The notes under the pieces were generated by a model. The model was given only the letters and a program-made list of their open reading frames with translations, had not been told where the DNA came from and ran no database searches. DNA of 42,364 nucleotides, from the IMG/VR virus record IMGVR_UViG_3300020160_000949, positions 1 through 42,364 of that record. One strand, written 5' to 3'. Position numbers and translations under genes: made by a program. Positions 22,185 through 31,195 of this stretch are shown piece after piece. Numbering within the stretch: the stretch's first letter is position 1; each line of letters begins with the position of its first letter. Source of the DNA: a virus.

Positions 22185-23237
22185 ATGGCAAATTTTTCAC
22201 CGTCAAACCTCGTGGCGGCGCAAACAACTCTTATCGAGTCGTTCACTGAGGCGGAAATGAGGGAGAAGATACTCCCTACATTGCAGATAGGTCTGCAAAA
22301 CAAAAGCGTAATGGTCAAGAACGTAGAAGAACTACGTCTCAGAGAAGACCGAGCAGTTTATGGTTATTCAATGGTGCGTCAGGTGCGTACCCCCGGCTCA
22401 CAGCGTACAGCTACCCACACGGGCGCACGTGGTGATTCACAGCAGTTGGCGTTCTCATGGACTACGTACTCCGATACGTTTTCTATCTCGCTGAAGCAGA
22501 TGGATACCAACATATTCAGCTTTAATCAGGCGATGGCACAGGGTCTTAAAAACTGTATCCTGAACATTCACGCACAGATTGAAACTGATTCTATCGCTTA
22601 CCTGCTTACCAACAAAAACCAAGTGGTAAACACTACTACTCCTGTTGGTAGCCGTGTAACATGGAACGCTACGAATTTCGTACATGAGATTGCAGCAGAC
22701 GACACAAAGCAGTTCACGCAGTTGATTAAGGCTGTAATGCGTTCAAACAAGTACAACATGAACCAGTTTAACGCTATCTATGATAGCCAAACTGAGGTAA
22801 ATGCGTCTTTCTGGAACTCACAGGGTGCAGGCAATGCGCAAAACACTATGTTCCAGTTCACGGGCATGAACATTAACCCGTCAATCGACCTTGCTGATAG
22901 CAACTACCCTAACGGTGTGGCTCTGGTTATGCAGCCCGGTACGTACTCAATGATCCCGTGGATTCCTAAGCAGAATCGTGAGGGATATGGTGACTACAAT
23001 AGCTTTACAGGCGGTTACGGTTCGATTGTTGACCCGATTACTAACCCCGGCGGTATCTATACGGGCGGTCTTGTATTCGCTATTCATGGTTATGCCCTTC
23101 GTGCTGATACATCAAGTGAGAACGGTGTTGCACAGGATAACGAAATGGAATTTGAGGTATCAGTCGATATTGCAAATGCCCTCACTCCGTTGTCAACTGC
23201 TAACGAATCTGTTGTTTACGAATTTGCTCAAATGTAA
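22185..23237 (+). CDS. Putative major capsid protein
   Basis: 350 aa, first gene after a strong terminator and a 130-nt leader. Its position relative to scaffold and portal fits. No motif-level proof. Confidence 0.6.
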   Translation: MANFSPSNLVAAQTTLIESFTEAEMREKILPTLQIGLQNKSVMVKNVEELRLREDRAVYGYSMVRQVRTPGSQRTATHTGARGDSQQLAFSWTTYSDTFSISLKQMDTNIFSFNQAMAQGLKNCILNIHAQIETDSIAYLLTNKNQVVNTTTPVGSRVTWNATNFVHEIAADDTKQFTQLIKAVMRSNKYNMNQFNAIYDSQTEVNASFWNSQGAGNAQNTMFQFTGMNINPSIDLADSNYPNGVALVMQPGTYSMIPWIPKQNREGYGDYNSFTGGYGSIVDPITNPGGIYTGGLVFAIHGYALRADTSSENGVAQDNEMEFEVSVDIANALTPLSTANESVVYEFAQM

Positions 23238-23251
23238 AAACTGATATAGAG

Positions 23252-23737
23252 ATGAAAAAGATAATCATAGCAGTATTACTCGTTGCAGCCTCAATAGGCT
23301 CATTTGCGCAAAGTTCACGCCTCGGTACGTTCAAGAACGCACGACCGAGCGGTACAGTAGTTTCGTCTGACACCCTAAGCGGTGCTGATACATCGTATTT
23401 GTGGAACGGACGTACAGACCATAACCAATGGTCTACCGTATCGCTTCAGTACGTTGTTACGCAGCTTACAGGTACTACCACATGCACTATGATTGTGCAG
23501 GGTAGCAATGACGCTACTACGCCCGTTAACGGTACGTGGACTACGCTTGAAAACTACACTACTAATGCAGTAGGTTTGGTTGACACAGGTACAGTAAAGA
23601 ACACAACGTATGTGTTTCAAGTTCCTGACTGCCAGTTCAAACTATTGCGTGTACGTGCAATTACAAGCGGAACACAAACAAGTACGTTCACAGGTTCTTA
23701 CTACCTCGCAGCTAAGTTCATAGGTCTAATAAACTAA
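23252..23737 (+). CDS. Protein with an N-terminal signal-peptide-like sequence, directly after the capsid gene (decoration protein or secreted moron)
   Basis: MKKIIIAVLLVAASIGSFAQ; Thr/Ser-rich, beta-rich remainder. Confidence 0.5.
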   Translation: MKKIIIAVLLVAASIGSFAQSSRLGTFKNARPSGTVVSSDTLSGADTSYLWNGRTDHNQWSTVSLQYVVTQLTGTTTCTMIVQGSNDATTPVNGTWTTLENYTTNAVGLVDTGTVKNTTYVFQVPDCQFKLLRVRAITSGTQTSTFTGSYYLAAKFIGLIN

Positions 23738-23742
23738 TAGCA

Positions 23743-24885
23743 ATGCCTATCAGATATACAAACGGGCTCGATTTAGAGCGATTACTACCGATTATGACGG
23801 CACGTAAGGGGTGGCAACAGCCCACTAACTCCGATTTCGAGCCCGTTTTATCTGATGATGTAAAGGAGTGTACCTCAGGAATGTACTACAACTATGTTCA
23901 TTCTGCATGTTCGCCTATCAACATCTTCAACGCTCAAGAGGACAACACCATAACAGACGACAATTACAATGCCTTTCTACTCGCATTAAAGCAGCAGGTG
24001 GCGTATGAGTCCATGTTATCCGTGTTCAGGGCTAATAACCCCGTTGAGTCGTCAAAGATTCTGTTTGAAAAGCAGTTCAGGACACAGTACAGGGACATCG
24101 ATAATGCTGGTAAGTTTTGCGGGTGGCAACTAAAGCTACCATCAGGCGATTTTGCACCTCGTATCGAGTCCGTAATGCTGACAATGAACAAGGCATGTAC
24201 GGTTACGCTGTATGCGTTTAACGACCTGAAAGCCGACCCGATATGGGAGCAGGAATATACCGTATCAATGGGCTATAACCAAGAACCATTCGTAGTTGAT
24301 GACTTGATTTTGTCACGTCTGAATAACGACTATAAAGGCGGGGTTATATTCTTCGGGTATTTTCAGGACGAAATAGAAGCGCAGGGGGCTAAGGCGGTAG
24401 ATGTGTACCTCAACTGGTGGGAAACGTTCTTTATGATAGGCTATCAGGGATTTGAAGCCGTAAGCGACTATGAAAACCTCACGTTTGTACGTGACCAGTA
24501 TTTCAGCAACTATCGCACATACGGATTGAACCTTGAAATATCTACAAGTCGAGATTACACCAACACCGTTATCAGAAATGCACATGCCTTTGATAGGTTA
24601 CAGGACATGATAATGGCGCAAAAGTGCATCGAATTGCAGATGAACAGCCTACGAGTAAACGGAGAACAGCGTATGAGCCGTGAGAATTACGAAGTGTTGT
24701 ATAATGAAATTGAAGGTCTTAAAGGCGGCGAGGGCGTACCTTATCGTCAAGGTCTGAAAGACAGGATACAGCGTGAAGTAGCACGGGTAATGCACACGTT
24801 TATTCCTGAAGAACGTCCGACACAGGCGATACCACCTACAAACATTGCAGACACATTTTATCCACGCTGGGGGCAACAGATATGA
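23743..24885 (+). CDS. Virion structural protein, function unassigned (380 aa)
   Basis: Large ORF in the structural operon. Confidence 0.55.
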   Translation: MPIRYTNGLDLERLLPIMTARKGWQQPTNSDFEPVLSDDVKECTSGMYYNYVHSACSPINIFNAQEDNTITDDNYNAFLLALKQQVAYESMLSVFRANNPVESSKILFEKQFRTQYRDIDNAGKFCGWQLKLPSGDFAPRIESVMLTMNKACTVTLYAFNDLKADPIWEQEYTVSMGYNQEPFVVDDLILSRLNNDYKGGVIFFGYFQDEIEAQGAKAVDVYLNWWETFFMIGYQGFEAVSDYENLTFVRDQYFSNYRTYGLNLEISTSRDYTNTVIRNAHAFDRLQDMIMAQKCIELQMNSLRVNGEQRMSRENYEVLYNEIEGLKGGEGVPYRQGLKDRIQREVARVMHTFIPEERPTQAIPPTNIADTFYPRWGQQI

Positions 24886-25757
24886 GCATCCACATAGTAC
24901 CATATCCGACAGGCATCGACTACGTAGTAGCCAAGATTCAGCGATACCTATATGAGCGTCTATACGTTCAATGGGGTACATCGGGAATGACGGGCGATAT
25001 GTTGCAGGTGTATGGCAGGGTGTATCGTAACAGCACAGCAGACGGATTCAGTCCGTTTTGGTACACAGGGTTAAAGAACTATACAGTTGACCTGTTCTAC
25101 AATGACAAGATACAGGCGATGTTATGGTTCGGACTTAACGACCCGATGGACATAGACGGTGAGCGTGCTACGTACAAACTATCGCTTTACGTGTTCTGTA
25201 ACGTTACTAAGGTTCGCCCCGTAGCGGGTCAGCAGCGAATGGATGAGGCTGTTATACGTGATGTGCTGAACCTGTTACAATGTGAGCCGTTCGGATTCAT
25301 AACTAAGCAGGTGCAGCGTGACATAGACAATGTGTTATCCAAGTACACAGGCAAGGCAAAAGACGAAAGTATAATTAACCAGAACCATCAGCCAAAACTA
25401 TGCTTCCGAATTGACGGCGAGGTATCGATTGCGCTAGATGATTACGGTGATTGTCAACCGTCTGTAATGCCGCAAAACTTCAATACAATGACAGGTGCTA
25501 TTAGGGTGCAGATTAAAGCGAACCCCGACCCGACTGTAATGCAAACGCTTGTAAACGGTGTACAGATACCGTTAGAGTATCCGATAGGAACAACGCTAAC
25601 AATCCCGCATTTGAGCGGTCGTTACGTGTTCCCGAATGTGATACTCAACAACAACAACATGGACGGTATGCCGTACAATCCCGCTACACAGACGTTTAGC
25701 TACGACAGTTTTAACGATGGCGATTTAGGACTAATTTATTACAACGAAAACAATTAA
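24882..25757 (+). CDS. Virion structural protein, function unassigned (291 aa)
   Basis: ATGA overlap with the upstream gene. Confidence 0.55.
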   Translation: MSIHIVPYPTGIDYVVAKIQRYLYERLYVQWGTSGMTGDMLQVYGRVYRNSTADGFSPFWYTGLKNYTVDLFYNDKIQAMLWFGLNDPMDIDGERATYKLSLYVFCNVTKVRPVAGQQRMDEAVIRDVLNLLQCEPFGFITKQVQRDIDNVLSKYTGKAKDESIINQNHQPKLCFRIDGEVSIALDDYGDCQPSVMPQNFNTMTGAIRVQIKANPDPTVMQTLVNGVQIPLEYPIGTTLTIPHLSGRYVFPNVILNNNNMDGMPYNPATQTFSYDSFNDGDLGLIYYNENN

Positions 25758-25770
25758 AAAATAACAAAAA

Positions 25771-26724
25771 ATGTCAACAACAGTTATCGACCTTGCCAAT
25801 TGCGGCATCACGGGAAATGTGGGTAAGTTCTTCTGCCACTTTAACCCGACTATTTACAAGTACTTTATCCTTGCTCCAAAGGGTATGGTTATCCCTACGG
25901 CTGAACTCGACAGCAATACAGAGGTAGCGGATTACATCTACGCAGGACTTATTAACGACACCCCCGCACAGCGTTGGCTGCTTAGTGGCGTATTGTCGCA
26001 GTTTAACGACAGGACTGAAGACGTGAAAACCGAAAACAAAGACGGTTACATGGCTCCTACGCAGTTCCCGCCGTACAACTGGACATACGACATGACATTG
26101 CAGTTTGCGCAGTTCGTGAAGTGGAAGTCTAAGGGTCTGTCTATTGCCGACTACTACGATGTGTTCTTCATCGATGATGCGGGTAACCTCATCGGACGTA
26201 ATACGTCAACAGGTTTGGGTGCTATCTCATTGTACACATTCTACTTCAACGACCAGAAGCAGGCAACTGTTGACACGCTCGTTAAGTTCCTTGTGAACAT
26301 GACAATCCTGAACAATGACGACCTGAACGAAAACGCACGCATGGTGCAGGCGGGTCTTACTCCACAGGACTGGTCAACATTGCTTTACGATTGCGTAGTA
26401 GTACAAGGTACAGCGAACACATCAACGGCAATAAAAGTACAGTGCTACACCGATGGCGTAGGAGCTAAGTCTTCATTGCTTGCTAAGTATCACAATGAAC
26501 TGGACGTACTCGCAGCATGGGTATTGACTAAGAACGGGTCATCGCTAACTCCGTCAGGCGTGTCTTATGACTCGGCTAATGACCAGATGGTGTTCACCGT
26601 ATCTTCATTGTCAAGTGCAGACGTTGTAACGGTTGACCTTGCAGCACCAAGTGTGTTGACAGCGACACCGTACTTCATCAATGCAGTAACAGAGGGCACA
26701 CAGTACACATACACTCACCCATAA
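25771..26724 (+). CDS. Putative major tail protein (317 aa)
   Basis: Called by position only: upstream of small chaperone-like ORFs and the tape measure gene. Confidence 0.4.
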   Translation: MSTTVIDLANCGITGNVGKFFCHFNPTIYKYFILAPKGMVIPTAELDSNTEVADYIYAGLINDTPAQRWLLSGVLSQFNDRTEDVKTENKDGYMAPTQFPPYNWTYDMTLQFAQFVKWKSKGLSIADYYDVFFIDDAGNLIGRNTSTGLGAISLYTFYFNDQKQATVDTLVKFLVNMTILNNDDLNENARMVQAGLTPQDWSTLLYDCVVVQGTANTSTAIKVQCYTDGVGAKSSLLAKYHNELDVLAAWVLTKNGSSLTPSGVSYDSANDQMVFTVSSLSSADVVTVDLAAPSVLTATPYFINAVTEGTQYTYTHP

Positions 26725-26736
26725 AACTAAGCAACT

Positions 26737-26964
26737 ATGGCATCAGTTAAAGTTGAATCAATGGACTGGAGTGTGTGGCATGTGGCATCGTTTGCGAGTG
26801 AGGCTGAATTTACAGCGCACTACATGGCTGATGCTGATGTGTACCCCAGAAAGGCTAATAAGGCGGATGTACTTGCATTGGTATATAAGGCGTGTGTGCC
26901 TGAAAAGCCGAAAGCAGCAGCTAAGCCGAAGAAGTCCGAATCGGAAACAGAGGTTAAAGAGTAG
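26737..26964 (+). CDS. Hypothetical small protein (75 aa) with a Lys/Ala/Pro-rich tail
   Basis: ORF-track entry; C-terminus KPKAAAKPKKSESETEVKE. Confidence 0.5.
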   Translation: MASVKVESMDWSVWHVASFASEAEFTAHYMADADVYPRKANKADVLALVYKACVPEKPKAAAKPKKSESETEVKE

Positions 26965-26986
26965 GTTTTGTTTGTAGTGTCAAAGT

Positions 26987-27014
26987 AGGGGCGGGTGTCT
27001 ATACGCCTGCCCCT
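26987..27014 (+). terminator. Stable hairpin, weak terminator or attenuator candidate
   Basis: AGGGGCGGG-10 nt-CCTGCCCCT (9 bp including one G.U), followed by TTAATTTA. Confidence 0.4.
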
Positions 27015-27027
27015 TAATTTATACCGT

Positions 27028-27444
27028 ATGGCGACAATAGGTGAAATGTTAAGGCGGGTAAAGTCGTTTAATCCGATTGCGGCAACAGCCGATGCAATGG
27101 AGCAGAACGAACAACCGATATTAGACATAAACCGCTCACAGTTGTACGATAAGGGTATAGGCAATGACGGCAAGGCATTACCGCCTTATTCGACAGCCTA
27201 CGCACGTAGAAAGCCGTCACGGGGGTTTGTGGACATATACAGGACGGGTAAGCTACAACGTGAAATGCAGTTGACCATACAAGGCGACAAGTACGAAATA
27301 AACAGCGTAGTGGATTACAGCCCATATGTAGCGGCAAAGCGACCTACCATATACGGATTGACAGCAGAGGGGAAGCGTGATACGTGGTTTATTGTGCGAC
27401 CCGATTTTGTGAAATTGTTTAAAGAGTATACAGGATTGAAATGA
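27028..27444 (+). CDS. Putative neck / tail-completion (virion morphogenesis-like) protein (138 aa)
   Basis: Start trimmed to the ATG at 27028, downstream of the hairpin. Called from position and general composition only. Confidence 0.4.
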   Translation: MATIGEMLRRVKSFNPIAATADAMEQNEQPILDINRSQLYDKGIGNDGKALPPYSTAYARRKPSRGFVDIYRTGKLQREMQLTIQGDKYEINSVVDYSPYVAAKRPTIYGLTAEGKRDTWFIVRPDFVKLFKEYTGLK

Positions 27445-27465
27445 GTTGTACACAATGCCAACATA

Positions 27466-28197
27466 ATGACGCAAACAAACAAAACTACATTGCCAAAATC
27501 AAACTGGAAGCAAAGGCTCAAGGGCTATCTGCTTTCGTTATCTGCAAAGCTAAGAACACAGGATGGATGTGGCGACCAGTCGGACACAGCGACTTTTCCC
27601 ACCGAACCGACCTCGAATATTATACAGTCGATTAAAGACCTGAAATTAGAGCAATTCATTGCGTGTGCAGTAGATAACGACCTATCGGTATTAGGTCAAG
27701 GAACACAGCAACAACTGCAATTAGCGTGGATAAAATTGCAAGGGCAGTACTATAATGCCCGTGGCGATGAGAAATACATACGCTACATTACAATAGCGGC
27801 TGAAATGGCGGCTATCTCGTGGCGGGCGATATACATAGACTATTGCTTATTTGCCCTCGAAAAACGGTACGTTAAAGGCGTTTGTGACTTATTGCGGCAA
27901 GACTTCCCGAAATTCAAGTTTACCCCTGAAAGTTATAAAACCGAAATCGGTTATGTGCGTTCGATTGAGAAACGTAATTTATTGCGTTACGAGGAATTGG
28001 AGCATGAATATGAGCAGATGCAAAAAGTATCGGGTGGTCGCAAAAGTACCCGTGAAGATTATGTAAATTTGCTACTAGACATCAACAAAAGTGAGGGTGC
28101 AAGTTATGGCACAGATGTAACGGTTGAAATATTTGCTTTGTGCCTGAAACGCATGGAGCGGGAATACGAAAACATAAAACGAAATGGCTCAAGATAA
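27466..28197 (+). CDS. Hypothetical protein (243 aa), possible tail assembly chaperone by position
   Basis: ORF lies immediately upstream of, and overlaps, the tape measure gene. Confidence 0.45.
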   Translation: MTQTNKTTLPKSNWKQRLKGYLLSLSAKLRTQDGCGDQSDTATFPTEPTSNIIQSIKDLKLEQFIACAVDNDLSVLGQGTQQQLQLAWIKLQGQYYNARGDEKYIRYITIAAEMAAISWRAIYIDYCLFALEKRYVKGVCDLLRQDFPKFKFTPESYKTEIGYVRSIEKRNLLRYEELEHEYEQMQKVSGGRKSTREDYVNLLLDINKSEGASYGTDVTVEIFALCLKRMEREYENIKRNGSR

Positions 28198-31195
28198 CGT
28201 TAGCGAGATACTTAGTAGTGAGGCCGAGCGGCAATTATCCGACTTACAGACGGGGTTACAAAATGCGACTAACGAGTTGGAGAAATTCGCTAAGGTCGCA
28301 AAGGGTATCACTATTGACTTCAAGGGGGTAAAGGACTTCGCCACATTGACCGAGTTGCAGGACAAAGTAACGGCTGCAACAAAGAAGATGGAAAAGGCGC
28401 AGCGTGATTTTGCCGATGAGATTGATAGGGCGCAGGCTAAAGAAATTGCCGCTGTGAATAAGTTTGTGCAGCAGGAAGAGAAAAGAGCTGCGGCAATAGC
28501 TAAATCAGCAGCCGAGGCGGAGAAAGCGGCAAAGCGTGAGGCGCAGGCGATAGGCAAGCTAACAAACGACTATGAGATACTAAAAAAAGCCTACATAGAC
28601 CAAGCGAATTATGCAAAACAGTTAGGTGTTACATTAGGCACAAACAATGAGCAGTTTAAGCAGGCGGCAGCGTCTGCTATGGTCATGTATGACCGATTGC
28701 TGAAAGTAGAAAAGGCAGTAGGTCAGGCACAACGCCAAGTAGGGCAATACAATCAGGCTGCGTTTGCGATGCAGCAGATATTGAGGGAAACGCCGTCGTT
28801 TGCATATAGCATGGCAACGGGGTTTCTTGCCATGTCCAATAACATACCGATACTTGTTGATGAAATAAGCAGGCTAAAGGCGGCAAACCTTGAATTGACG
28901 GCATCGGGCGGCAAGGCAATACCCATATGGAAAACACTTGCAAGTTCTATATTCAGTTTTAATGGGTTGCTCACATTAGGCATTGCGGCAATTACCATTT
29001 ATACCGCTCGTATGGGTAGTTCTAAGTCTGCAATGAGCGAGGCTGAAAAGATAGCTAAAAAGTACAACGACACATTAGAGAAAATAGACGAAACGCACCA
29101 AAAATCAGCAGTATCAGAACAAGCACGTATAGCCTCACTACTTGCATTGGCAAAGAATACAAAGGCTGCTATGGATGTTAGGTTAGCGGCTATTAAGTCG
29201 TTGCAGGAGGATTACCCAGATTATTTAGGGAACATTGAAAAGGAAAAGTTCCTTACAGGTGATTTGACAAAAGAAGTAACTAAGCTAAATGAATCATTGA
29301 TGCAACGTGCGTTAATGATGGCGGCTACTGAAAAGATAGCGGCAGCATACACTAAAATAATTGATGCAGAACGTGAGATAGCAAAGATACAGCGTGAGGC
29401 ATTAGAGTGGCAACAAAAGGCATTAAAGAAAGACCCTCAGGCGCAATTTGGTGCGGCAAGTTTCAAGTCGTATAATGCACGTACAGCTATTTTTGTGGGT
29501 CAGATAGATGCAGCAAAGAAAGAAATAGAAGAACTGCAAAAGTTGGCTGATAAGTTTGCAGCTGGTGCTGGTAAGTTGGCGTTTGATACCACTAAAGGCA
29601 AAATGGGTAAGGATAAAACCAAAGAAAGAGTTTCCCCAACTAACGAAGCAATCCAATCCGCCTACGATGCATCAATTCAGGAACTTACCATAACTAAGGA
29701 TAAGAACAAACTGATTGCGGATGATGAGAAACGTTCACTTGAAGAGCGTTTGCAGGCGTACAATGTGTATAATGCGGCTGTGTTGGCGATTATGCAGCAG
29801 CAGAAAAACAAGGAGATAAACAATGAGGCGTTAAAGTACAAAGAAATACAAGACGAAAAGAAAGGCAAAAGCGGTCAGGAGTTAAAGAACCTTATCGACC
29901 AAGAGCAGGCAGTAATTACACGTATAGACACTATCCGTAACAAAGCAAAAGCTGACACACTCGCCACAACCGAAAAAGCGAAGAAAGACCAGTTAGCGAT
30001 TATTTACGGGGCAAATGAACAATGGATAAAGTCAGAGGAATTCAGGAATGAGAAACTAAAGGAACTGCAAATCGGGCTATTCCTGCAAGATGCTGAATTG
30101 CTGAAACGTCAATTAGCGGCAAAGGAAATAACACAGCGTCAGTACAATGACAAGATGAAGCAACTACGCAAAACGGAGGGCGTAATGTTGCTCGATGATG
30201 ATATTGCATTGTACGAAAAGATACTCGCCAATGACCAGATAACAGCCGAAAAGCGTCTCGACATTCAGCGCAAACTCAACAATGCGTTAAAAGCCAAATC
30301 GCAAATGTCAGAGGGGCAACCGATGCGTAAGTCAGGCAGGTTAACGGATGGACTTGCACAGGCTATGGGCATGACAGGCGAGGCCGAAATGCAGGAGTTT
30401 TACGACAGGTCAATTGCGTTGGCTAATCAGGCGGCGGATGCAATAATAGACGCAAAACGCAGGCAGTACGAAGCCGAAATGGGTATGTTAGACCGTCAGA
30501 AAGAAGCAATAGACGCAAACTATCAGTTGCAATACGATTACATAAACGCTACTACTAAAGACGAAACAGAGAAAGCCAATAAGATAGCACAGTTACAGGC
30601 GCAAAAACAGGCACAGGACGCAGAAATAGACGGTAAAAAACGTGAGGTAGCTAAACGTATGGCAGCAGCAGAGAAAACGGCTGCAATCGCCTCTATTATT
30701 CAAAGTACAGCAGTTGCAATTGCGGGGGCGTTGAAGTACGGGCCAGCAGCACTACCGATTATAGCATTGATTACATCAGCGGGGGCTGTGCAACTTGCAG
30801 CAGCAGCGAACGCACCTATCCCCGCATACGCAAAAGGTACAGACAGCCACAAAGGTGGTTTGTTCTTTGCGGGTGACGGGGGCGAACCTGAATACATCAA
30901 GGCTCCGAATAAAGCGGGTTACTGGTCAGCATCAAGTACAACTCTATACAATGAGCCAAAGGGAACAACCGTAACGCCAATGAGTAAGTTTGTAGACGTG
31001 GTTGGTGGTTACAAGATAGGCGGGTTACAGAAAGAAAGTGAAAGGAAGTTGTTTGAGTATTTGGGGGACAAGTTCGCAGAACATCTATGGCAACACGGCG
31101 AAAATCTTAGCCATGTGATAATGTCGGCACAACCGAAACAACAGAAACAAGACCTTTCAGAGGCGGTTATTAAACTACAAAGATTAGGCAGGTAA
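28184..31195 (+). CDS. Tail tape measure protein
   Basis: 1003 aa, long Ala/Lys/Glu/Gln coiled-coil stretches with interspersed hydrophobic segments (LLTLGIAAITIYTA; AAIASIIQSTAVAIAGAL...ALITSAGAVQLAAAA). Confidence 0.85.
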   Translation: MAQDNVSEILSSEAERQLSDLQTGLQNATNELEKFAKVAKGITIDFKGVKDFATLTELQDKVTAATKKMEKAQRDFADEIDRAQAKEIAAVNKFVQQEEKRAAAIAKSAAEAEKAAKREAQAIGKLTNDYEILKKAYIDQANYAKQLGVTLGTNNEQFKQAAASAMVMYDRLLKVEKAVGQAQRQVGQYNQAAFAMQQILRETPSFAYSMATGFLAMSNNIPILVDEISRLKAANLELTASGGKAIPIWKTLASSIFSFNGLLTLGIAAITIYTARMGSSKSAMSEAEKIAKKYNDTLEKIDETHQKSAVSEQARIASLLALAKNTKAAMDVRLAAIKSLQEDYPDYLGNIEKEKFLTGDLTKEVTKLNESLMQRALMMAATEKIAAAYTKIIDAEREIAKIQREALEWQQKALKKDPQAQFGAASFKSYNARTAIFVGQIDAAKKEIEELQKLADKFAAGAGKLAFDTTKGKMGKDKTKERVSPTNEAIQSAYDASIQELTITKDKNKLIADDEKRSLEERLQAYNVYNAAVLAIMQQQKNKEINNEALKYKEIQDEKKGKSGQELKNLIDQEQAVITRIDTIRNKAKADTLATTEKAKKDQLAIIYGANEQWIKSEEFRNEKLKELQIGLFLQDAELLKRQLAAKEITQRQYNDKMKQLRKTEGVMLLDDDIALYEKILANDQITAEKRLDIQRKLNNALKAKSQMSEGQPMRKSGRLTDGLAQAMGMTGEAEMQEFYDRSIALANQAADAIIDAKRRQYEAEMGMLDRQKEAIDANYQLQYDYINATTKDETEKANKIAQLQAQKQAQDAEIDGKKREVAKRMAAAEKTAAIASIIQSTAVAIAGALKYGPAALPIIALITSAGAVQLAAAANAPIPAYAKGTDSHKGGLFFAGDGGEPEYIKAPNKAGYWSASSTTLYNEPKGTTVTPMSKFVDVVGGYKIGGLQKESERKLFEYLGDKFAEHLWQHGENLSHVIMSAQPKQQKQDLSEAVIKLQRLGR

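Noticed and set aside
26753-26977. 74-aa ORF almost fully overlapping 26737..26964 in another frame, as a possible frameshift product
   Set aside because: It is basic low-complexity sequence with no slippery site, and a hairpin or terminator follows immediately. It is most likely a chance ORF.
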